Shown piece by piece: positions 1-4,615 of a stretch of DNA of 4,615 bases. The stretch lies in IMG/VR virus record IMGVR_UViG_2548876963_000005. One strand, written 5' to 3'. The position numbers and the translations under genes were made by a program. Position 1 is the stretch's first letter, and each line of letters opens with the position of its first letter. This DNA is from a virus. Lineage: Duplodnaviria; Heunggongvirae; Uroviricota; Caudoviricetes. Under the pieces are notes generated by a model, which saw nothing but the letters and a program-made list of their open reading frames with translations, did not search any database and had not been told where the DNA came from.

Positions 1-34
1 AAAAAAAAAAAAAAAAAAAAAAAAACAAAAAAAA
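1..34. repeat. Homopolymeric poly(dA) tract (A25-C-A8) at the window edge
   Basis: Read directly from the sequence. The window begins inside the tract, so the true length is unknown. Confidence 0.95.
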
Positions 35-181
35 CATTATACATTAATGATAATTCTTTTTATTTTACACAATATATAACCCTATTTATGTTATGAGTTT
101 TTAATTCAAATTATCATTATAATCAATCGAGACTCAGTCATACTCGCGCAGATATTACTGACTACTCAATACTTAGTACAG

Positions 182-193
182 TTGTTATAACAA
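182..193. repeat. Perfect 12-bp palindrome TTGTTATAACAA in the AT-rich region downstream of stf
   Basis: Self-complementary 12-mer, flanked by TACAG (177-181) and CTGTA (199-203). Function unknown; could be a dimeric protein-binding site. Confidence 0.4.
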
Positions 194-246
194 TAGCTCT
201 GTAATCCTGTGTTACGAAGAGCGATCTAGTAAAACTCAGATGTAAG

Positions 247-3200
247 TTATAGCTCGGATAGCTTTAACTTTGCTTCAAGCTCCTCAACCCTTTTTGTCAG
301 TTTCTGAATATGATGAATGAGTGGAACAACCAGACGGTCATACATCACGCCTTCTGCAACCATCCCATTATCAGACGCTATACCTGGATCATCCTCGTCT
401 GTAAGAGGACGCCAGTGAACATATTGCGGTGCTATCTCTCCGACTTCTTCTGCAATAAGGCCATAATGTCCCCAGTCCTTTCTGTCCCTTTCACAAGTCG
501 AGCGATACCATACAGGACGAAGTTTCAACAACTCGTCCGCGTACCTGTTCTCTAAAGACTCGATATCCGTCTTGTATCGACGGGATGAAGTCGAACGAAA
601 TACCATGTTGTAACCAGCAACCGGACTTACGAACATGTTAGGACTATCGGTTGTTGTCTGAATGTCGAATATTTGCAAATAATAACAACTTAACGTCTGG
701 AAGTTTGCATCTAACGAGCCGCCTTCGAGTTTTGATGACGTGATAAAACTTTTATTGAGTTGGTTAATCTCCGATATGCTGTAAGCGCCAATTTCAAGCG
801 GTGTGGGCAGTTTCTTTGTGTTCAGTGCACGACGCCATCCGGGGGAATAAGCTGTGCCATTAAACACATAGATAAATTCCGCATTAGTGAGTGCGCCAGA
901 GACACTTGTCGTCGTGGCTGTTGTTATTCGAATGGTGTAATAAGTTGCACTGTGGCTGAATACTTCTATCACCGCCCCCGCCAGTGGAATAATGCCGCAG
1001 CCTGTTTCACTGTCTGGTATGGAGGCGCTGTCAGCGTATGCCCAGGCACAGCGTGCCACCCATGCTTTTGTATTGAAGGCACCATTATTCTGCAATATCG
1101 TCACTAACTGAGCCGTTGTTATTGATGCACCATTACTCCCTGTGCCTAACCAGCCAGTTGGAGATGCCGGGCAACCAATATTTGCTGGTGACAGAGAAAT
1201 ATTTGCCGAACCGTCAAACGACACGCCATTAATAGTACGCGCTGTCTGCAACTTCGTGGCAGTAGCTGCATTGCCTGTAGTGCTCTGGTTACCAGTCGTA
1301 TTAACACCAGGCAAGTTAATATTCGCAGTACCATCAAAGCTCACACCGCCGATAGTTCTTGCCGTCTGTAGTTTTGTAGCTGTTGCCGCATTACCCGTAG
1401 TGTTCTGGTTACCTGTCGTATTTACTCCCGGAATGCTGTCTTTTTTGGTATAAATCTGAGTCCAGTCTTCCTCAAAGCCATAACCATCACGCGAAGAACG
1501 GTAAAACAGACCGCCATTCTTGTAATGAGCGCGAATCTGGAGAGTCTGGCAACTCCCCACACCGGTATAAAAGTTTGCAACAAGACAGGAGTCGCCAGAA
1601 CGCGTGACATTATATGCACCGGATTCAGCATTCCACGGAACGGCTCCATCCGAATCCGCATAAGCCCCCGTCGCACGTAGGGCAAATGCACCAATATTTT
1701 CCGGCGTGAGATTAATATCCGCCGAGCCATCAAACTTAACACCGTTAATTTTTTTGGCTGCCGCAAGTTTCGTCGCGGTATCGGCGTTCCCCTTCAGTGC
1801 CCCGGTGATCCCACCAGTAACAGACAACGGACCTGAAACTGTTCCTCCGGTTGTTGGCAGTGCTCCAATATCTGATGGTGTAGGTTTCTGATGTGAGCTA
1901 TACATCGTATAAACAACACCATCGGTAACGCCGGAAGGCTTACTCGCTGAATAGGCTGGCGATGTATAAACAGAAACTGACGCATTTGCAGTACAATCCC
2001 AATGGATATTTACACTCGTCGCATAATTGCCAGTCTCAACGTAAATATCATATGTATCGCCGGATGTGTTGATCCAGGCGAAATTCGTTAATCCGACGGC
2101 TGTACGCTTCCACAAAGCTCCGGTAATCCCTTTGGGGTTTCCATTGCCTGCTCGTAGAACCAGTTCTGAAATACCTGCCTGCTGTGGGGAGCCGACGTTG
2201 TATCCGGCACCACCAATCAATGTGATGTAAACGATGGAACTCGCTTGTGGCATGGTAACCGTAGCCAGTTTGAACCACCCAGCCCCGCCAGAGAAAGACA
2301 TCGTTACTGAATTTAAAGTACCAATATCTTTCGGCGTTAATGTGATATCCCCAGTCAGTGCTTTCCCGTTAATTTTTCGGTCAGATGGCACCCTGCTGTT
2401 CGCATTGTCATTGACTGCTTTAACTGCCTTTGGCGTTGCGGCCAGCGATTCACTGGTGCTGTCGACAGCACTGCTAAGTTTCACAACACCTTTAGTGGTA
2501 AGGCTTGCGTCTTCCATCGCAACCGCACCGGCAATCTCTTCAGCACGATCAGCAGCAGCTTCCGCACGGGTCGCAGCGGATTCAGCAGCAGTTTTGCTCT
2601 GAGATGCAGCCGTCGCACTGCCTGCCGCCTCTGTTGCTTTCGTGGATGCCGTTGAAGCACTACCCTTCGCAGCTGACGCCTGCCTGATCGCCTCATCTTT
2701 TGAAGCGGACGCCGAGGTGGCTGATGCAGACGCAGAACTTGCAGATTCAGCAGCTGCCGCCTTAGAGGAAGCGGCATTGTCTTCTGAAGTCTTTGCATTT
2801 GTTTCAGAGGATTTTGCTGCCGATGCTGAATTTTTAGCAGCTGTAGCCTGATTCGTCGCCTCAGTCGCTTTTGCGGTAGCTGTTGTCGCTGATGACGACG
2901 CGCTTTCCGCCGATTTCCCGGCGGCGGTGGCACTGGCTGAGGCCTGCCCGGCACTTGTTGACGCGGCACTGGCAGACGACGCAGCCGCTGTTTTTGAGTC
3001 TGCTGCTGCGGAGGCACTCTGTTCCGCTGCCGTTTCAGAAGCCCTGGCGTTCGTCTCGGACGTTTTTGCCGCCTTCGCGGAATTTCCTGCCGCCGTAGCC
3101 GAGGAAGCTGCACTACTGGCGCTCGAGGCTGCGCTCGTTTCTGATGATTTTGCCGCCTCTTTTGAAGCCGCCGCATCCCGGGCTGAGGTGGCAGCGTCTG

Positions 3201-3888
3201 ACGCTTTCGTGGTCGCGGTGGATGCTGAGGTGGCTGCGGATTGTTGTGACGCTGCCGCGTTCGTTTCTGACGTTTTCGCGGCACTGGCACTGGTGGCCGC
3301 CGCACTTTTTGAGGACTCTGCAGCGGCAGCACTTTTTGAGGCTTCAGTGGCCTTTGTTGATGCTGTTCCTGCGCTGGAAGATGCTGACTGAGCAGATGAT
3401 GCAGCCTGTCCGGCTGACGTGCTGGCTGCGCGTGCTGAGTCTGCAGCATCAGTCGCATGGGTTTCCGCCTCACTGGCAGATGTGCTGGCATCGCTGGCTG
3501 ACTTCTTCGCGGCTTCCGCATTCTGTGCCACTGCGGACGCGTTACGCGCCACCTCTTCCACCATCAGTTCAAAACGGCGCAGTGCCTCCGGACGGGCATC
3601 ATCCTCCGTCATTGCGCCGAGAAAATCATTCAGCGTACCCGGCTTTGAATCCTCATACACTGTGATGGTCCCGGCATGCGAAGGCGGAAAACCTTCAACC
3701 AGCAGGGTGACGCTGTACTGGCCATACTCAACGTCCATACTATAACGCCCGGCTTCATCCGGATTTTCTGAGGCCACCGTGTTCACCACCACCGTGGTGC
3801 TGTTGCGTCTGGCCTTTAGCTGAATGGTGCAGTTTTGTACCGGTTTGCCTGCTCCATCTTTCAGTACACCTGAAATCTTAACCGTCAT
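247..3888 (-). CDS. stf: Side tail fibre protein, mosaic: lambda-Stf-like N-terminal half, tail-fibre repeat shaft, divergent distal region, C-terminal intramolecular chaperone (self-cleaving) domain
   Basis: Single open frame of 1215 codons in the supplied ORF track (247..3894 from a GTG). An in-frame ATG at 3886-3888 gives MTVKISGVLKDG..., which matches the lambda Stf N-terminus as I recall it (MAVKISGVLKDG...), and is preceded by GGGGTGA 5 nt upstream. Stop is TAA at 247-249. Protein aa 1-~470 resemble lambda/Rac-type Stf including the long Ala/Ser/Thr-rich segment. aa ~745-815 (VPWNAESGAYNVTRSGDS...GLFYRSSRDGYGFEE) also resemble lambda Stf. The C-terminus carries an S-x-R-x-K-x-D-I type motif and a coiled-coil-like tail. 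Confidence 0.9.
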   Translation of the reverse strand: MTVKISGVLKDGAGKPVQNCTIQLKARRNSTTVVVNTVASENPDEAGRYSMDVEYGQYSVTLLVEGFPPSHAGTITVYEDSKPGTLNDFLGAMTEDDARPEALRRFELMVEEVARNASAVAQNAEAAKKSASDASTSASEAETHATDAADSARAASTSAGQAASSAQSASSSAGTASTKATEASKSAAAAESSKSAAATSASAAKTSETNAAASQQSAATSASTATTKASDAATSARDAAASKEAAKSSETSAASSASSAASSATAAGNSAKAAKTSETNARASETAAEQSASAAADSKTAAASSASAASTSAGQASASATAAGKSAESASSSATTATAKATEATNQATAAKNSASAAKSSETNAKTSEDNAASSKAAAAESASSASASATSASASKDEAIRQASAAKGSASTASTKATEAAGSATAASQSKTAAESAATRAEAAADRAEEIAGAVAMEDASLTTKGVVKLSSAVDSTSESLAATPKAVKAVNDNANSRVPSDRKINGKALTGDITLTPKDIGTLNSVTMSFSGGAGWFKLATVTMPQASSIVYITLIGGAGYNVGSPQQAGISELVLRAGNGNPKGITGALWKRTAVGLTNFAWINTSGDTYDIYVETGNYATSVNIHWDCTANASVSVYTSPAYSASKPSGVTDGVVYTMYSSHQKPTPSDIGALPTTGGTVSGPLSVTGGITGALKGNADTATKLAAAKKINGVKFDGSADINLTPENIGAFALRATGAYADSDGAVPWNAESGAYNVTRSGDSCLVANFYTGVGSCQTLQIRAHYKNGGLFYRSSRDGYGFEEDWTQIYTKKDSIPGVNTTGNQNTTGNAATATKLQTARTIGGVSFDGTANINLPGVNTTGNQSTTGNAATATKLQTARTINGVSFDGSANISLSPANIGCPASPTGWLGTGSNGASITTAQLVTILQNNGAFNTKAWVARCAWAYADSASIPDSETGCGIIPLAGAVIEVFSHSATYYTIRITTATTTSVSGALTNAEFIYVFNGTAYSPGWRRALNTKKLPTPLEIGAYSISEINQLNKSFITSSKLEGGSLDANFQTLSCYYLQIFDIQTTTDSPNMFVSPVAGYNMVFRSTSSRRYKTDIESLENRYADELLKLRPVWYRSTCERDRKDWGHYGLIAEEVGEIAPQYVHWRPLTDEDDPGIASDNGMVAEGVMYDRLVVPLIHHIQKLTKRVEELEAKLKLSEL
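250..588 (-). other. C-terminal intramolecular chaperone / autoproteolytic domain of Stf (endosialidase-chaperone, peptidase S74-like), aa ~1103-1215
   Basis: Motif S1103-S-R-R-Y-K-T-D-I1111 fits the S-(D)-x-R-x-K-x-(N/D)-I signature at the self-cleavage site of endosialidase and T5 L-shaped tail fibre C-terminal chaperone domains. It is followed by ~100 aa ending in a heptad-like EELEAKLKLSEL tail. Recognised from memory of the family, not searched. Confidence 0.65.
1192..1431 (-). repeat. Two tandem 120-bp (40-aa) direct repeats inside stf (aa 822-861 and 862-901)
   Basis: Protein units PGVNTTGNQNTTGNAATATKLQTARTIGGVSFDGTANINL and PGVNTTGNQSTTGNAATATKLQTARTINGVSFDGSANISL. By my manual codon-by-codon count they share 36/40 aa but only about 85/120 nt. 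Confidence 0.85.
1693..1755 (-). repeat. Conserved tail-fibre linker motif, copy 2 (aa 714-735, KKINGVKFDGSADINLTPENIG)
   Basis: Same motif as copy 1, about 620 bp away. DNA blocks accaatat(t/c)tt(c/t)cggcgt and ccgttaattttt are nearly identical between the copies. Confidence 0.7.
2311..2382 (-). repeat. Conserved tail-fibre linker motif, copy 1 (aa 505-528, DRKINGKALTGDITLTPKDIGTLN)
   Basis: K-I-N-G-x-x-(L/F)-x-G-x-x-D-I-x-L-T-P-x-D/N-I-G pattern typical of the phage tail fibre repeat shared among lambda Stf, P2 H, Mu S and T4 gp37-type fibres. Shares short near-identical DNA blocks with copy 2 (for example cccgttaatttt versus accgttaatttt). Confidence 0.7.
2515..3549 (-). repeat. Low-complexity Ala/Ser/Thr-rich coding segment of stf (aa ~116-460)
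   Basis: About 345 aa composed almost entirely of A, S, T with scattered K, E, Q, N, D, G. The DNA is GC-rich and internally repetitive (gc[atcg] codon runs), which opens long spurious ORFs in other frames on both strands. Confidence 0.85.
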
Positions 3889-3891
3889 ATT

Positions 3892-3899
3892 CACCCCAC
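3892..3899 (-). promoter_or_regulatory. Shine-Dalgarno region for stf (GTGGGGTG, 5-nt spacer to the ATG at 3888)
   Basis: Minus strand GTGGGGTGAATATG. The purine-rich GGGG(T)G sits directly 3' of the terminator U-tract. Confidence 0.55.
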
Positions 3900-3926
3900 A
3901 AAAAAGCCCGCCTGAACCGGCGGGCT
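3898..3926 (-). terminator. Rho-independent terminator downstream of lom, immediately upstream of the stf ribosome-binding site
   Basis: Minus strand reads AGCCCGCC-GGTTCA-GGCGGGCT followed by TTTTTGT: a perfect 8-bp GC-rich stem (3905-3912 pairing with 3919-3926), a 6-nt loop and a U-tract. It starts 22 nt after the lom TGA stop. Confidence 0.7.
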
Positions 3927-3947
3927 TTCATCACGCTGTACTACTAA

Positions 3948-4547
3948 TCAGAATTTATAACCGACACCTACGATGAAACTGTCAGTGCGCCAGTCGCCAC
4001 TGCCGGAACCTTCATAAGCGACATCAATGGCCACCGATTCGGTCGGGTTAAACTGCACGCCAGCTCCCCACGCCATAGAGGTGTTACTGTGGCGAGCGTC
4101 ATCACTTCCGGTCAGCACATCGTGCGTTTTCCCCTTGCTGTCGGTCACCTGCAGATAATCCCCGGAGAAGGTCGACACACGGCTGTAAGCCACACCCGCC
4201 ATCGCATACGCACTGAACCATTCATTCACGCGTACAGACGGACCCGCCATCACGCTGAACCAGCGGTTACGCACGGAATCTTCATGCCAGCGGGTATCGC
4301 TGTAACGGGTCAGCTGGCGATTCTTGTCTCCTGCATAGCTGAATGACGTCACCAGCCCCAGCGTGTCCGTAAATTCATAACGGTATTTCACGTTAATGCC
4401 CTTCAGGTCATCGCTGCCTGGCATATCAGTATGGGTCTGAAGATACCCGGCGCTTAGTGTGGACTGATGCTCTGCTGCGCTCGCTGGCGTACCAGCGGCA
4501 ACCAGCCAGACTACTGCGGACAGAATAACAGCACATAATTTACGCAT
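3948..4547 (-). CDS. lom: Lom, Ail/Lom/OmpX-family outer-membrane beta-barrel protein (lambda lom homologue)
   Basis: 199-aa ORF. N-terminus MRKLCAVILSAVVWLVAAGTPASA-AEHQ is a typical Sec signal peptide with an AxA cleavage site. The rest (STLSAGY...GINVKYRYEFTDTLG...SFSYAGDKNRQLTRYSDTRWHEDSVRNRWFSVMAGPSVRVNEWFSAYAMAGVAYSR...VGVGYKF) matches lambda Lom nearly residue for residue as I recall it, and ends in the C-terminal aromatic residue typical of OMP beta-barrels. Position immediately upstream of stf matches the lambda gene order J-lom-stf. SD GAGAGG lies 5 nt upstream of the ATG. Confidence 0.93.
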   Translation of the reverse strand: MRKLCAVILSAVVWLVAAGTPASAAEHQSTLSAGYLQTHTDMPGSDDLKGINVKYRYEFTDTLGLVTSFSYAGDKNRQLTRYSDTRWHEDSVRNRWFSVMAGPSVRVNEWFSAYAMAGVAYSRVSTFSGDYLQVTDSKGKTHDVLTGSDDARHSNTSMAWGAGVQFNPTESVAIDVAYEGSGSGDWRTDSFIVGVGYKF

Positions 4548-4552
4548 AATTA

Positions 4553-4558
4553 CCTCTC
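4553..4558 (-). promoter_or_regulatory. Shine-Dalgarno for lom (GAGAGG, 5-nt spacer)
   Basis: Minus strand GCGAGAGGTAATTATG. Confidence 0.6.
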
Positions 4559-4568
4559 GCTTTTCTGC

Positions 4569-4595
4569 AATAAAAAAGGCGCCATTTCTGGCGCC
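4569..4595 (-). terminator. Rho-independent terminator upstream of lom (end of the preceding transcription unit)
   Basis: Minus strand reads GGCGCCA-GAAA-TGGCGCC followed by TTTTTTATT: a 7-bp stem (4578-4584 pairing with 4589-4595), a GAAA tetraloop and a U-tract. The lom SD and ATG follow about 20 nt later. Confidence 0.6.
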
Positions 4596-4615
4596 CGTAT
4601 ATGGGTTATAAAATT

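Noticed and set aside
35-123. 11-bp inverted repeat (attaatgataatt near 43-55 versus aattatcatta at 109-119) and the 8-bp palindrome CATTAATG (42-49)
   Set aside because: Pure A/T composition makes such matches likely by chance in an AT-rich stretch. There are no target-site duplications or other hallmarks of a miniature transposable element.
100-145. Leftward-facing promoter around a perfect TATAAT (minus strand, 116-121)
   Set aside because: No acceptable -35 element at 16-18 bp spacing (best candidates match TTGACA at 3/6 or fewer). TATAAT-like hexamers occur by chance in AT-rich DNA. Kept only as a note in the first finding.
1192-1431. Possible CRISPR-like or mobile-element repeat
   Set aside because: The repeats have a 120-bp period, are in-frame, encode a conserved 40-aa structural motif inside a CDS, and have no spacer/repeat alternation or flanking leader. 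They are protein shaft repeats.
760-1766. Plus- and minus-strand ORFs of 60-120 aa inside the distal half of stf (760-1107 +, 1142-1453 +, 1146-1337 -, 1422-1766 -)
   Set aside because: They overlap the well-supported stf frame and have Cys/Arg-rich or otherwise non-protein-like compositions typical of off-frame translation.
2927-3391. 154-aa plus-strand ORF (Ala/Asp/Glu/Val-rich), with neighbouring plus-strand ORFs 2642-2851, 2883-3098, 3144-3665 and 3419-3745
   Set aside because: All are antisense to the stf low-complexity segment. Their sequences are the reverse-complement reading of the same repeats, and none has an RBS or start context.
2481-3521. 346-aa minus-strand ORF (Arg/Pro/Gln/Lys-rich) in an alternative frame of stf
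   Set aside because: It lies entirely within the stf Ala/Ser/Thr-rich segment. Its extreme composition is the frame-shifted reading of GC-rich repetitive codons, and the stf frame has clear homology while this frame does not.
2515-3549. Chi sites (GCTGGTGG) in the GC-rich repetitive stf segment
   Set aside because: By eye I found only 7/8 near-matches (for example ACTGGTGG near 3286-3293), not a perfect Chi octamer. An exact scan would be needed to be sure.
247-3894. Diversity-generating retroelement target (variable C-terminal fibre region)
   Set aside because: No template-repeat copy of the distal stf sequence and no reverse-transcriptase gene are visible in the window. The only internal repeats are the tandem shaft units, which do not show adenine-specific differences.
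4089-4346. 85-aa plus-strand ORF antisense to lom
   Set aside because: It is fully embedded in the lom coding sequence, which has near-complete similarity to lambda Lom, and has no independent support.
4597-4615. Possible 3' end of the upstream gene (lambda J-like tail tip) on the minus strand at the right edge
   Set aside because: Only 19 nt are available. A stop codon is present in one frame, but nothing can be identified from so few codons.

Overview
This window holds the distal tail-fibre end of a lambda-like (lambdoid) phage or prophage, with both genes on the minus strand; I see no complete novel system inside it. The genes are lom (Ail/Lom-family outer-membrane protein, 3948-4547) and one very long mosaic side tail fibre gene (stf, 247-3888, or 3894 if the GTG start is used). 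Stf has a lambda-Stf-like N-terminal ~470 aa including a long Ala/Ser/Thr-rich segment, a middle with two copies of the conserved tail-fibre linker motif and two tandem 40-aa repeats, a distal region I cannot place, and a C-terminal ~110 aa that looks like an endosialidase / T5 pb1-type self-cleaving intramolecular chaperone domain. Intrinsic terminators sit upstream of lom and between lom and stf. Past the stf stop (1-246) the DNA becomes AT-rich and non-coding and ends in a 34-nt poly(A) tract at the window edge. That left edge is the most likely place for accessory cargo, but the window ends before anything can be seen. All homology statements are from reading the translations and from memory of these families, not from a database search.
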